DNA from: Okamejei kenojei
Taxonomy: Eukaryota
Direction of reading: 5' to 3'
NCBI GenBank assembly: GCA_035221665.1
Contig: CM069131.1
Location: 90,458,001 to 90,522,000, forward strand
DNA: 64,000 bases
Shown: in pieces, positions 12,657 to 28,100 of the stretch
Layout: each line of letters begins with the position of its first letter
Numbering within the stretch: position 1 is the first letter of the stretch
Program-made: the position numbers and the translations under genes
Notes under the pieces: model-generated
Told to the model about the DNA's origin: nothing
What the model saw: the letters and a program-made list of their open reading frames with translations, nothing else
Databases searched by the model: none

Positions 12657-12710
12657 AGCTCTCATAACCAATATTGAAGGATTTTCTTTAACTTCTACCA
12701 GCAAGAATCT
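12657..12710 (+). other. slc34a2: Putative non-coding exon 1 of slc34a2
   Basis: Lies about 25-30 nt after the TATA box; donor gtaagc at 12711; the next acceptor is just 5' of the ATG exon. Start coordinate is approximate. Confidence 0.6.
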
Positions 12711-13085
12711 GTAAGCAGACGATTTAACCGACAGACGCCACGGAATTGACACTTAATAGTTTACTATTTATCAATTGAAAATAACTTTATTTTACTATTT
12801 TGCTTTCAAACTCATTCGTTTTTTTAATCATTTTAACATATTAGATAGAGCGCGTTGAAAGCTCTTCTGTCTGTGCTGTCGTTCACTTTCAAATGCGAGC
12901 GATCTTCTTCCTTGACTTTCCTTGCGTATTCTATTGAGCCGAAAGTTAATGCAGAGTTTCTCGCGGGGAGAATACTATTTGAGAGAATTTGCAGAAATAG
13001 AAGGGAAAAGCGGGCTAATATTAAATTCCAACAGGCTGCGTCTGGAATCGAACTAACATCGACCCACTGTACCTTGCAGGCGACC

Positions 13086-13170
13086 ATGGAGTCAGCGGCT
13101 GGGCTGGAGGGCTCGCAGGGCAGTGCAGGGACCGCGGAGCCCGACCATGACTGCAAGCCGAGGATGAACG
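13086..13170 (+). CDS. slc34a2: slc34a2 coding exon 1 (MESAAGLEG...KPRMN)
   Basis: Acceptor ttgcag at 13079, Kozak accATGg, donor gtgagt at 13171; phase matches the next exon. Confidence 0.8.
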
Positions 13171-16100
13171 GTGAGTCGGGGCTCCACGCACCCGCTCCTT
13201 AAGGAAAACACTGAACGCTGGAGGGGTCAGTCAGCATCTGTGGGGGAATCGACGGACGATGCTCCGGGGCGTCCGGTCCGGTCCGGTCCGTTCTTCACAA
13301 CGACGGAGAGTGGAAGGGAGTGGGTAGATGAGCAGAGAAAGCTGGTAAAGAGAGATAGGGGCAGGCAAAGCTTGTTAAGTGACAGATGGAAACAGGTGAG
13401 TGGGGTTAAATTGGTAGATGCGTGGACAAAGGCTGGAGATGTAAAAAAAAAGGGTGTAAGACAGGGATTTAAATGTACAGCCATGGGGTGGATATGGGTT
13501 GGAGTGGATAAAAGAGAGGAAATAGAATGGAGATAGGGGCCTGTTGGTAGGAGGAGAATGAAGCAGGACTGGGGTGGGGGGAGTTGTTCATGGGGCATAT
13601 TGATGTGGAGATGGGTTTGGAAAAAAATAGAGTAGGGGGTATAATCTATCGTTGGAGAATCCGACATTCATACCTTTGGATTGTAAGCTACTCAAGCGGA
13701 ATATGAGGTAAGGTTCTTCCAGTTTGCATGTGGGCTCACTCTGGCAATCGAGGAGGACAAGAACAGAAAAGTTGGTTTGAGAATGGGAAGGGGAGTTACA
13801 ATGGTTAGTTAGAGCGGGAGATCTGGCAATACTCGGCAAACAGAGCACAAGTGTTCGGCACAATGGGTGCCTAGTCTATACTTGATCTCGTCGATATAAA
13901 GGGGGCCACATTATACATTGGGAGCACCGAATTAAGTAGATGAGATTTGAAGAGGTGCACGTGAACCTCTCTCACCTGGAATCACAGCTGTGATCCCTGG
14001 ATGGAACTGAGAAAGGACGTGTAGGGTCAACTGTTACATCTGCAATTGCAGAAAAATGTACCTGCGGAGCGTATGGTGGGAAGGGATGAATGGATCCCTC
14101 CACAACACCTTGGTTTGCTCATGCCTCCCCACCTCTATTTTCCAGTGTTCTCCCCTGCCTCCCACCTCCCTTCCTATCAGTCAAAAGGGTCCAGACCCGA
14201 AAGGCCATCTATCAATTCCCTACAGAGATGGTGCCTGACCCGCGGAGTTCCTCCAGTACTTAAAAAAATCAGCACCTGCAGTTTCTTGGGTATCCAGATC
14301 TTTATGTTGTGACCACTGCGTGCTGGTATTGACTCTAATGTCACTCATCAGTCTTTGATCTTCTAGGAATCGGAGAGACCACCATGAATGGACCTGCTTT
14401 ACACCCTGCTAATTCTTCCATCACCCTGACGGAGAATGAGCCTGAGGATCCCTGGGCACTGCCTAAACTTGAGGCTACCGGCGTCAAGTGGTCAGGTATC
14501 TGTCTCTCTACAATGCCGAGCCAATGTCCGCCTTTGTTCTCTGGCAGAAAACACTGATCCCTGACTAGTCAAACCCTTTAAATAATCATTCTCATTGACA
14601 GAACTGAACACCAAGATGAGGGTGTTTCGAGTGCTGAGCACAGTGTTGAAGATCGCTTCACTGTTTGGATTTCTTTACCTCTTCGTCTGCTCGCTGGACA
14701 TCCTCAGCTCGGCCTTCCAACTTGTTGGAGGTGAGATATCTGGGGTCCTCTACTGAACATTTTATGCCCTGTTATCGAATCAGAACCGGGGGAGGAAATG
14801 GCTAATGACAGGCGAGAATTACAAAATTCTTAACAGGTTGGACAGGCTAGATGCAGGAAGATTGTTTCTGGTGTTGGGGAGGTCCAGAACAAGGGGTCAC
14901 AGTCTAAGGATAAGGGGGAATTCCTTTAGGACCGATATGAGGAAAACATTTTTCACACAGAGAGTGGTGAGTCTCTGGAATTCTCTGCCACAGAAGGTAG
15001 TTGAGGCCAGTTCATTGTCTATATTTAAGAGGGAGTTAGATGTGGCCCTTGTGGCTAAAGGGATCAGGGGGTATGGAGAGAAGGCAGGTACAGGATACTG
15101 AGTTGGATGATCAGCCATGATCATATTGAATGGCGGTGCAGGCTCGAAGGGCCGAATGGTCTACTTCAGCACCTATTTTCTATGTTTCTAAACAGGCTCA
15201 ACTTTGCACGGCAGGTTAGGAGAGAAACACTTTGCAGATTGGGCTTCCCATGTAAACAGGACACTTGTGGCTCGTCCACACGGGCACAGGGTTGGAAGGT
15301 GTTTCCTCTCATCTGCACTTACAGCTTCACGAGAGGATGGTCTGCATTTAGTTTTCATGTCTGTTGCTATTTGCTGCTCTGCAGGTAAAGCCGCGGGAGA
15401 TATTTTCAAAGATAACGCGGTTCTGGCAAACCCTGTGGCTGGACTGGTGATCGGCATCTTGGTCACAGTTCTAGTTCAAAGCTCCAGCACATCGTCTTCT
15501 ATTGTGGTCAGCATGGTGTCCTCTGACTGTGAGTACACTGTGTTCTCAGATTCATCACATTGGCACAGAGTTTGTTGTTTGAAAATACAATTTTAATTTT
15601 GGAGAGGTGTGGCAGCAACAGACACCTTCCAACTTTCCATCTCCCGCTCATCTCACTTTCCCTATTTACGTTTTTCTCCTCAGTGTTAGGAGTGCGATCA
15701 GCCATTCCTGTGATAATGGGAACCAACATCGGTACCTCGGTGACCAACACCATCGTGGCTCTGATGCAATCTGGAGACCGAACTGAATTCAGAAGGTACG
15801 CCATCCCCGGGTGGACTCTTGTTTTTAAGTTCTGAGCTAACAGCATCTGAAACATAGAAACATAGAAAATAGGTGCAGGAGTAGGCCATTCGGCCCTTCG
15901 AGCCTGCACCGCCATTCAATATGATCATGGCTGATCATCCAACTCGGTATCCTGTACCTGCCTTCTCTCCATACCCCCTGATCCCATTAGCCACAAGAGC
16001 CACATCTAACCGCCTCTTAAATATAGCCAATTAACTGGCCTCAACTACCTTCTGTGGCAGAGAATTACAGAGATTCACCACTCTCTGTGTGAAAAATGTT

Positions 16101-19100
16101 TTCCCCATCTCGGTCCTACAAGGCTTCACCCTTATCCTTAAACTATGATCCCTTGTTCTGGACTTCCCCAACAACGGGAACAATCTTCCTGCATCTAGCC
16201 TGTCCAACCCGTTAAGAATTTTGTAAGTTTCTATAAGATCCCCCTTCAATCTTCTAAATTATAGCGAGTGCATGCTGAGTCTATCCAGTCTTTCTTCATA
16301 TGAAAGTCCTGACATCCCAGGAATCAGTCTGGTGAACCTTCTCTGTACTCCCTCTATGGCAAGAATGTCTTTCCTCAGATTAGGAGACCAAAACTGTACG
16401 CAATACTCCAGGTGTGGTCTCACCAAGACCTTGTACAACTGCAGTAAAACCTCCCTTCTCCTATACGCAAATCCTTTTGCTACTCAAATCCTTTTGAACA
16501 AAGAAGGTTAGGAGGGGAGAGGTGGAAAGGGCAGAAGCCCTATTCTTTGAGGCAGGCAGTCCACGAATGTATCGTTCTTTTTGTTTTGTACGGCCGTTGG
16601 GAAGTTCACTGCCCAAAGAGGCTGGTAAGAATGTGCAGATTAGATTTATACAGAGAGTTTTAAAGTGATTGATCTTGAAGGAGGAGAGAAAGTAGAAATT
16701 AATTGGCATATTTGTAAAGAGCTGGAGTCTACCTGAGATATGGACTGTAGCAGGACAATTTGAGAAGGCTGTTCAGTACTAACCTGGGATGTTGTGGAGA
16801 TTTACCAGAATGAAACCAAAGATGAACTAACCTACAGTTGTGCAAGGCAGTTCTCCTTTGAGCCGTGACATGATAGTGGTGTTTCAAATTACATGTGATT
16901 TTGATGGACTAAATCAGGGAAAACTGGTTCCCTCGGCAGAAGGATTGGTGAATAAAGGACATGAATGTAAGGTGTTTGACAAGAGAAAACAAGAAATAAA
17001 AAAGTAATGCACATTGCTATTCAAGGAAAAAGGAGGGAATTAATGCTTGGACTCGGAGGATATAGGCGTGATACCAAACAAGTACCTTGCATCAGTATTC
17101 ACCAATGAGAAGGGCATAGAGGATAGTGAGATCAGAGTGGTGGGGCTCTCATGGATCATTAAGGTGGCAACTCCCAGGACCTCATAGAGTCTATGCCAGG
17201 TTATTGAGGAGATTGCAGGGGCCTTGATGAAGATCTTTCCTCTCAAACACAGGCGAGATCAGGTAGGTTAAGACGGACTGAATGGTGGTGTTCAGCGAAA
17301 CGATCGCCGAGCCTGCGCTTGATCTCGCCTATGTAGAGAAAATGACACCTGGAACAGCGGATACAGTAGATGAGGTAGGTTGGAGGAGGTGCAAGTGAAC
17401 CTCTGCCTCACCTGGAAAGACTGTTTGGGTCTTTGGATGGAGTCGAGGGGGGGAGGTAAAGGGACAGGTGTTGCATCTCCTGCGGAGGGGGTGGTTTGAG
17501 TGGGAAGGGATGAGTTGACCAGTTTCAGAGGGAACGGTCTCTGCAGAAAGCAGAGGAGATGGGAAGATGTGGCCAGTAGTGCGATCCCGTTGGTGGCAAA
17601 AATGTTGGAGGATTAACTGCTGTATGCGACGGATGATGGGGTGGAAGGTGGGGACAAGGGGGACTCTGTCCTTTTTACGAATGGGGGAAGGGGGAGCAAG
17701 AGCGGAGCTGCGGGATATCGAGGAGACCCTAGTGAGGGCCTCATCTATAATGGAAGAGGGGAACCCCGTTTCCTAAAGAATGAGGACATCTCCGATGCCC
17801 TGGTATGGTACACCTCATCCTGGGCGCAGATGCGGCGTAGACGGAGGAATTATGAATAGGGGATGGAGACTTTACAGGAAGCAGGGTGGGAAGAAGTGTA
17901 GTCAAGATAGTTATGGGAGTCAGTAGGTTTGTAGTAGATGTCGGTCAATACTCTGTTTCCTGTGATGGAGACAGTGAGATCTAGAAATGTCAGAGATGGT
18001 CCAAGTGAATAGAATAGAAGTATATAAGATTGAGAAGCATAGATAGGATAGACAGTCAGAACCTTTTCACAGGATGGTCAAGTTTAAAGGAGATGTGCAG
18101 GGCATGTCTCATTGCACAGAGAATGGTAAGGGCCTGGGTTGTGATGCCAGGGTCAACCTTGTAAAAAATGATTAAGATTATGAATGTGCTAATCATATTT
18201 ATTTCCTTCCTAGAGCCTTTGCAGGTGCAACTGTACATGATTTATTTAATTGGCTCTCGGTGCTAATCCTACTGCCGATAGAAGCAGCCTCTGGCTATCT
18301 ATACCATCTCACTGAAATTATTGTCAAGTCATTTGATATCAAGAGTGGTGAAGATGCTCCAGATATGTTAAAAGTTATTACCAATCCCCTCACAAAACTT
18401 ATTGTGCAGGTAAGCCATGTGCAGTAGATTCATATTAAACCACTAATGCAAAACAGGACAGATTGTTTACTTTTGTTCTCTGTGAACAGGTGCAGTGGGG
18501 AGAAACACTGAGTATCTAACTGCCAGACCGAGCTCTCCAAAACCTTGTGGTGTGACAGAGAGTCAAGTGCAAGACAGTGGCTGCTGAGCCTCAGTTCTGT
18601 GCTGGCCACAAATATGGAGAGATATTTTGGGTGCTGCTGATACCCAGGAGATCTTGAACCAAAGGTCTTGAACCTTACTTACTTGACTTCCAACTTCTCT
18701 CCAGACTTCATCCAGGCCTCTTTCCCTTCTCCCTTCACCTCGTCAAACCCAAGGATCCCAGTGTAAACTCTAACTATATCAATTTATGGAGAAAGAAGAT
18801 GGGGGTAGCTCAGTGGGTCAGGAGAAGCATCTCAGGAGAAGATGGATAGTCTTCAGTCTGAAGAAGGGTCCTGTCTTCAAATGTTGCCAATCCATGTTAT
18901 CCTGTAATGCTGCCTGATCCACTGACTTACTCCAGCACTCTGTCTTCTTTTGTAAATCAGTATCTGCAGTTCCTTGTTTCTTTGTTTCAGGGGAATATCA
19001 TTGTAACTACGGTGGGTAAGTCATAAATGTCCACTCATCTCATATCCCCTGAGTGAGCAATTGGAAGACCTAATTTAACAGGACACTATCGCTATGCTTT

Positions 19101-22100
19101 CCATGGCACCCACTATGATGATGAAGAATTCACACTAATATTATCAAATAAAACTATGAAAATATTTTTATTGTAGAAGCAAAGAACTGCAGATGCTGAT
19201 TAATTCACGAAAGGACACAAAGTATTGGAGTAACTCGAAACGTCACCTATCCATGTTCTCCATAGATGCTGCCTGACCTGAGTTACTCCAGCATTTTGTG
19301 TCCTTTTAAACTAGTTTTCTTCCTACTTTATCACTTTCATAGGTTCCTACAGGTTACAGTACACAAGCTGTAAAATAGTTATTGTGCAAATGAATCTAAT
19401 AAAGAATATTAGTGCAAGTTATCAATTATCTGACGTAAGATACTAGGGATAAATCATAATGCTTTATAGCATTAAGATAAATAAGATCACTCCAATGATC
19501 AGTGTTAGCATGTAATTTAAAATTCCAGAGTTTCCAACTGTGTTATAGGGACAAGCATTTTATTGGGCAGATGTTGTAATATAGCGCTGATAGAGTGTTG
19601 TATTGAGATTAGGGCCATTTCTGGATGAGTGTTTAAACTGAACTTTCTTTATCAATACATGGTTAATTTATACAGTTAATTGCCATCATACTGTCTTCGA
19701 ATTTTTGAAGAAAATTGTAAAATCTGTAAAAATGAAAAGGAAACTTTTCGATCCCCCGCATCGCAGTGTCGTTGAACTGATAGCCCGATTGCGTAGGACA
19801 AATATTTCCAGCATGAACTTAGGCCGAGTAGGTATATCAAGAGGCAGCTTTATGAGTTATATTGTTTTTTTGTGAGGAATAAACGTTTCTCTTTGACTTA
19901 ACTCTGTGAAAGAAATTGTATACTATACTATACAATTTGGAGATTAAGTGAGGAATAGTTCAACATTTGCATCAGTTCCTCCTTACTTTTACACAAAAAG
20001 AGGCCATCCAATTCATTGGGTCCATGTTACCTCCCAAAAGAATAATCCCATTAGTATCATTGCCCCTCTACTTATTTCCCTGTAGCCCTGTACCTTATCC
20101 TTTCTCACATGCCCATTGACTCCTCCTTGATTCCTTTTGCCATTGACAGGGTAATTCACAACAGCTACTCAACCTCCCACTGCATATAGGGAATGTGGGG
20201 TGGAACCAAAGCACCCAGCAGAAATCCACATAGTTACATGCAGCGGCACAGTCACAGACAAATCAGGGTCTCTGGACCTGTGAAGCAGTCATGTTAACTG
20301 CTGTGCCACTGTACCAGCACAGATAATGTTGCTGCCTCACCATTCCACTGACCTGGGGTCCAGATCTTGGGTGGGTCTGTATACAGTTTGCATGTTTTCA
20401 CTGTTGCGAGATGAGATTCTACTGGGTGCTTCAGATTATCCCATTATCCCAAATACATGATGGAGAGTTAATTAACTACTGCAATCTATACCTTTAGTGC
20501 ATGTAACTGGCAAAGCAATAAAAGGGAAGTGGTTGGTCATATACGAGAGGATACATCACAGGGCAGCAGGGACAAACGGGAGGAGGGGTGTGATTATTCT
20601 GTTGACATGAATATGATGGGTTAAGTGACTTCCTTCTGTTTAGTACTGCAAAACTTAAGTTTGTTTCACAATTAGGCTTTGTAATTCCAGTATTGCATCA
20701 TTTTATTTTGTGCAGAATGCATTCTTCTGCATGTTGAGCATATTTTGAACTGCAGTCATTTCACTACTGCAATTATAATTGTTCACTCTGCAAGCAGAAC
20801 ATTTGCATATTAACACCATCATGAAATCTGGAATGTTGATTTATTAATTTAAATTGTTATTCTTCCTTATCCCCTGTCAACATTTTGAATGGAAACCATG
20901 ATAGATTGGAGTTTATAGTGAAAAGTTGGATATGGTTGTTGTCATGGTTATATTTTTCAATCATTCTCCCTAAACTTCTCTCCTTCTATACCCCTGCCCC
21001 CCACATCCCTAACTCTTGCTCTAAACCAACATTAAACCTTCGGCAACCTGAACTGCTAGCTCTTTACTATCTCAGAGTCTTGATCCAATCCTACTTGATA
21101 ATGGTCCTTGGAAGGATATTGAGATTTTGTTTTTCACTACACCAAACACAGTTTGCAAATACATGGCAGTAAATCTGTGAACATGAGTTCAAATTCCACA
21201 ATGGAGTTGTAATTCAGCTTTAAAATAAGAAAGTGATTTTTGTAAAAGTCAACTTGAAGCTGTCGAACCTCTGTCAATGTTTGCCTACTTTAGGTGTGTG
21301 TCTTGGGGATCAAGGCCTGAAGTCCTTACCTCACCTGACTCTTTCATCAAACTAATAAAGGTGCCTTCTTACAAGGCTTATTAAGTACCCCAACTATCAA
21401 AAACTGCAGGAAAACACCAGAAGATCTGCAGATAAGCTTTGTCCATGAATAACCAAAAATGAGCTTTGTCAGTTTGTGTCCCAAGGCCTGTGTTCATTTC
21501 CTTAAAGCATGAAATCCATATTCAGTGAGAATCAAAAATCAATGACTTGGTATTTTCTGACATGTCTAAATCATAAAATAATTACTTTATTTCAGTTGGA
21601 CAAATCTGTAATAAATGATATAGCAACGGGAAATCCAGCAGCAGCAAACAGAAGCCTCATCAAACAATGGTGCAAGACCACAATTGAAATGGCAAGTGAA
21701 CAAAAAATGCAGTTACCTCATGCCTATTATAACCAATAACCAACAATGATTAAAAGCTTGGTTCAGTCTGGTTCAGTGACTGCTTACATATGATACATGA
21801 TCATGAAAATGAGAACAATTTGTTATTGAATAATAGTCGAGTGGTATAAGCAAACTGTAGAAACTTTTACATGCTGCCATCTTTATTACTCTGGCCCAGA
21901 TACAATTTGTGGAATCTCTGTGTGAGAGAGGAATTTTGGGCGGAACCTCTTTGTTTTTTTCTGGCAAGAAGATTCTGACAGGAGAAGAGTGTTTGGTGAC
22001 AGAGTGAACATATATGTGATATATGTTGGAAGGTTAGGGGTGTGATGTTTTTTTGGGTGAAATAACCCCTCCAGAAACCAAGCTGCCTCTGCCCAGGGCA

Positions 22101-25100
22101 AGACACAGTCACAGTGGAGGAGTGTTTGATACACAATAGTTGGCTTTGAGCTTGCAATATTAAATCTAATAACAAGTGATGCAAGTCCTTTCAAAAGTCT
22201 TTTCAAAAACTTTGGTGACTTTAACCAGTGTACCTTTGCCAATTGTTTGCCTTCCTCCAATGCAGCTGCTGAGTTGTTGCTTTCAAATTCCAGTGCCCAG
22301 TCAGAATAGGAGTCCTGTAGAATTGGGCTTTAAATATTCTTTCCCTAAAATTGTGTACAGGATTTACATCAGAGCTTACAATAGACAATAGACAATAGGT
22401 GCAGTAGGCCATTTGGCCCTTCGAGCTAGCACCGCCATTCAATGTGATCATGGCTGATCATCCTCAATCAAGTACCCCGTTCCTGCCTTCTCCCCATATC
22501 CCCTAACTCCGCTATTTTTAAGAGCCCTATCTAGCTCTCTCTTGAAAGCATTCAGAGAACCTGCCTCCACCGCCCTCTGAGGCAGAGAATTCTTACAGAA
22601 GACTTGCCCACTGCATTTCCAGCTTTTGGGCAATTTTAACCTATCCCTCCCCCGCCCCCACCTCCAACTCTTCTACCTCCATTTGGTACTAGCTTGAAAA
22701 ATATAAATAGTATTGAATGATAGTGGCATTGGATCAGATAGTATTTAAACCTGGTTAAAGGCAAGCGTAATGTCTGTAGGGTTTTTTGTGTCGCGGCCCA
22801 TACAAACAAGTAAATGACATATCCTGTATAAAGAACAGTGACTCTCAGCTAATCAACGCTTGTGACTGGGTACCACAATATACCAGTTATGTACATGCTA
22901 TAATTGAGTTATTCAAGGTACCCAGCCCATAGCTACATGTATGCTATTTGTCTTTTTTTGCTCTATAAAATGCAGCCATTTGCAAACACTGTTTGAGATT
23001 GATTATCTCTTTTATGGTAAATTATAGCTCTTTTTGAATAAATGCAGGTGGCGATATGTTAGTGTGGACTTATAAGACCATAAGAAGCAGGGAAGGAGTT
23101 TGAGCCTGCTCCACCATTCAACATAATTCTGAATGATCCAACACGTTCAGGTCCACTTTCCTGCTCTTGCCCCCCGAAGTCTTGATTACCTTATTGATTA
23201 AAAATCTTATTTCAGGTTTGAATAAATTCAAGGATTCAGCCTTCACAGTGGACTGGAACAAAGGCTCAAGGACCATTGAGAAGAAATTCACCCTTATCTT
23301 AATTGTGGCACCTTCTTATTCTGAGATTCTGCCCTAACATCATGGAGTCACCTGAAAGGGCATTTAACGGATGACAGAGAGACAAAAGTTCTGCAATAAT
23401 AAGGAGTGATTAAGGAATGTCAAAAGAAATAAATCAACCAATGAAAAAAGTACAGGTTAAAAACTGAGGAGGAAGGTATAGAAGAAAATAAGATAACAAG
23501 AATGAAAATCTGAGCAGATGCTGAGAAAGATATGAATGTTGTTGCTGCATATAAATTAATGCCAAAGCAGAAAGAAAATAAAAGATTATTATAATGGCAA
23601 ATTGGCAATAAATATTAATTTAAAGATAGGGGACTGAAATAGTTCTAAGGTTGATAGAAAAAGGTACTTTACACGTACTTTAATGCACTTTAATGGTTAG
23701 GGAACATCTGGTACTGCTGATGTAATTGTGTAGAGTTTCAGACAACATTTGCTACGGAAAAGTTGACTGAAAATGATTGAAATGGTTGTTCCTCTCTCGT
23801 AGGTTGAAAAAAATGTGACTGTCCCAAATTCACTCAATTGCACATCACCCGAATTTTGTTGGAGTGATGGCAATAATACATTGACTCTGAAAAATATATC
23901 AGAAACAATAAATATTCAAAAATGTAAGTGAATGTTTCATCCGGTTATTTTTATATTATTTCAGAAACCGAAAGCAAAAAATGAAGAGGTTTTTGTAATG
24001 TTTGTATGGCATTGTGTAGAATAGTGTTGGCATAGTGTAGAATACTGGTAGATATGAATAAATGAAAGAAGACACTCTTTAAAAATTGTTGAGCTTATAT
24101 TTCTTTCTTTAGCTTTGTCAACTTTTGGCTTGTTGGCAATTTTTATCTAATTACTCATCTGTGAAGCACATTGGGACGTTTGTATGTGATGTTTGCTAAA
24201 TATCAAAAGCAGTTTCAAAGTATGGATGCTGTACTCTGCGATAAAAAATATTCTTGAACATAAAGATATTTAGAAGCATTTCAGTATATAAATTAGATGA
24301 ATTAACCGAGATGTTGCTTCTGGTTTACCTTTTTGATTTTAGGTCACCATTTATTTGTGAATACCACCATATCAAATTTAGGAGTTGGCCTCATCCTTCT
24401 TGCAGGCTCCTTGTTTATTCTGTGCAGCTGCTTGATACTCATTGTCAAACTTCTCAACTCCATGTTAAAAGGACAGGTCGCCACCGTTATCAAAAAAATT
24501 ATTAATACAGGTAAACGGAAAAAAAAACTTCAAATATCTAGGATAAAATGTATATTTTTCTTTGCACTTCACCTGCATCCTATATAGTTTGTGATTGCTT
24601 TTTGGCTCTTTTCATTTGGTGCTATTCTGGATCTACTATTGCTTATCTTAAATAATTTATTATGTTTTGCACTGTGAGACATTTGGACATTGAAGGTTGT
24701 GAACTGTAAACACTTCTGTACATTCTAGGTATTTATCAACTTCGGAGTTATTCTTTTTGAGAATATTAAAATATGTTTTAAAATACAAATGTATTTAAAA
24801 ATCTATAAGAAGCTGCAGAAATCTTTTTAATTTGGCCATTAATATAGTGGAGTGATTTCCTGCAATTTACAATTCCTGATTGTCATCCGCCACTGAAATC
24901 AATGAAATAAAAGGAGTATAAACATTAAACATTCTTAGACTATGCCCTCGGACAACAGTACTCTCTTCTAGGTTACTGCCAAGGCAAAGATGGTTGAAAG
25001 TTATCTCAATTGATTTGGTGATTTTTAAAAATTTGATGGAACACATATGCTGTAAAATTCCAATATAAAAAGAGATTCTCTATTGTTAAAATAATGCCAT

Positions 25101-28100
25101 GTTAAATAGAGACATTATTGGGTTTTACAATAGTTTTAGATATATTGTTTCCTTCATGTAAGATATAAATATATTTTACAATCTTGGATCAATACAGTTT
25201 TATTCAAACATATTGCAAAAAATGTACAATAAATAGGACGGATTTGGCAAGGACCATTGTCGTAAAATGATAAAACCTTTTAAATGTTTTTTAAATATTA
25301 AAAAGCAGTGGATTCAAAGCAGTGGATCTCTATTGTACAGTAATGTAATTTAATTGCCATCGTGGCCTTTAATCATTTGAATACATGTAACAAAAATTAA
25401 TCTGTATGTCAATGTCTAATGTACATGCAATAATATCAAAACATATATTAGTTATTTTTCCATAATTTACATGTTGTCATTTCTGTCACTTAAATTCAAA
25501 TCTTTTTGCAGATTTCAAATATCCATTTGGTTGGGTGACGGGCTATATCGCCATTCTCGTGGGTGCTGGAATGACTTTTATTGTTCAAAGCAGTTCTATT
25601 TTCACCTCTGCTCTTACTCCATTGGTTGGTAAGTTTTGAGGAAAACATTTATGGGGAAATCAGAATGGTTAAACGTTTCTAATATTTCCCTTTTTTTGTG
25701 TTTTATGTATCACATTTGTATTTTTTCCCCTCTTGTCAGGAATTGGTGTGATCAGTATTGAGCGAGTGTATCCCCTTACACTGGGTTCCAATATTGGTAC
25801 AACCACTACTGCTATTATAGCTGCTCTTGCCAGTCCAGGAGAAACCTTAGCTAATTCCTTACAGGTGAGCACAAACAACCAGTCTGCTTTAGTAATTGCT
25901 ATTTTATATACTTGACAGATCGTTTAGTGGTTTAGTCTGACAATCCAGAGGCCTGAATTGATAATCAGAAAACATAACTTTCTCGTATACATCCTTTTCC
26001 AAATGTGGCAACTAACAACAATGAACCATTCCTGGATTAGATCCAGTCTTTTCTTCAAATGTTTTTTTTTCCCCATGTGTGATTGTGGGCGCAGGGATTA
26101 TTAATCCTTTGCTCTGACAGTGATTGGCTCAAGAGTGACCAAATAGTCCTGGCTGATGTCTTCATCCCCTACTCCATAATTGCCTGTCAATTGTACCGGG
26201 TGCAGTTGCCTCTTTCCCAAAGTTAACCAAGAATATAAAATGTTTTTGATTGAAAATGTAGGGAATTTTAACCATCTGATGGGAGAGTTGATAATCATAT
26301 TTGAGATACGTTGCAAAACTACTCAGGATGTTTTCAAGTAGGAAAAGGAACAGAGACACTTTACAAGAATGTTGCTTGGACTCGATGGTCTGAGTTATAA
26401 GGAGGTGTTGAGCAGGCTGGGACTCTTTTCCCGAGGAGTGCAAGAAGATGAGGGGTGATTTTATAGAAGTGTATAAAATCATGAGAGGAATAGATCAGGT
26501 AGATGCACAAGGTCTCTTGCCTAGAGTAGAGGTCTCCAGAACCAGAGGATATAGGTTTAAGGTGAAGGGGGGAAAGATTTAATAGGAATCTGAGGGGTAC
26601 CTTTTTCACACCAAGGGTGGTGGGTGTATGGAACAAGCTGCCACAGGAGGTAGTTGAGGCAGGACTATTGCAATGTTTAAGACATAATTAGACAGGTTTA
26701 GAGGGATATGAACCAAATGCAGGCATGTGGAACTTGACATGTTGGTCGATGTGGGCAAGTTGGGCTAAAGGGCCTGTTTCCACGCTGTATGACTATGACT
26801 CTATGAGGAAGTAAGATGTTTTAGTTTGACATTGGATGGTGGTAAAACCAGAATCATTAGTGACTTTAAAAATACCTCAGAAGGAGAAGCTTCAATTTGC
26901 AGCTTTGTGGAGAGAGCGGGGAGGTGGTAGTGGGATTGATTAAATACTTTTTTCAAGAAGGTGTCATTGGCATGTTGTGCCAAACATCCTCATGGTTTCA
27001 AATTTTATTACAGCTCAGAAGGAGGCCATTTGGTCCATCAGGTTCATACCGGTTCACTTATTTCCCCCCCCCCAAAAATCGAGATCGCATACAACGATTT
27101 AAAACCCCTTGATTTCCTTCAGCCACATTTACCATTACTAATTTACCCACAAACTAGCATCTCTTTGGGAAGTGGGGTGGAACAGGGGGACCCAGGAAAA
27201 GCAACACAGTCAGAGAAGAAATAACCATATAACCATATAACAATTACAGCACGGAAACAGGCCCTCTCGGCCCTTCCAGTCCGTGCCGACCATTTGTTTT
27301 CCCCTAGTCCCATCTACCTGCACTCAGACCATACCCCTCCATTCCCTTCACGTCCATATACCTATCCACTTTACTTTTAAATGTTAAAATCAATCCTGCC
27401 TCCACCACTTCTGCTGGAAGCTCATTCCACACAGCCACCACCCTCTGAGTAAAGAAGTTCCCCCTCACGTTACCCCTAAACTTCTGTCCCTTAATTCTCA
27501 TGTCATGCCCTCTTGTTTGAATCTTCCCTACCCTCAATGGGAAAAACGTATCCACGTCAACTCTGTCTATCTCTTTCATCATTTTGAAGACCTCAATCAA
27601 GTCCCCCCTTAACCTTCTGCGCTCCAAAGAATAAAGGCCTAACGTTCAACCTTTCTCTGTAACATAGTTGCTGGAACCCTGGCAACATTCTAGTAAATCT
27701 CCTCTGTACTCTCTCTATTTTGTTGACATCCTTCCTATAATTAGGCGACCAAAATTGTACACCATACTCCAGAATTGGTCTTACCAATGCCTTGTACAAT
27801 TTTAACATTACTTCCCTACTCCTATATTCAATGCTCTGATTTATAAAGGCCAGCACACCAAAGGCTTTCTTTACCACCCTATCTACATGCGATTCCACCT
27901 TCAGGGAACTATGCACAGTTATTCCTAGATCCCAATGTGCAAACTCCATCACCAAAGGTCAGAATTTAACCCAAAACGCTCGAGCTGGAAGACTGGTCAC
28001 TACCTGCAGCACCACTGCACTGTACAGGTTACGATGTGTAGCAAGAAATGAAGTCAAAGATCTTTTAGTTCTATGTTGCTGAAACCCATAACTTATCAAA

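Noticed and set aside
12833-13667. ORF-track ORFs overlapping slc34a2 intron 1, the ATG exon and intron 2
   Set aside because: Only 13086-13170 is coding; the rest is intronic or repeat read-through.
21773-22260. Overlapping - strand ORFs (up to 124 aa) in a slc34a2 intron
   Set aside because: No recognisable domain or splice structure; could not be assigned.
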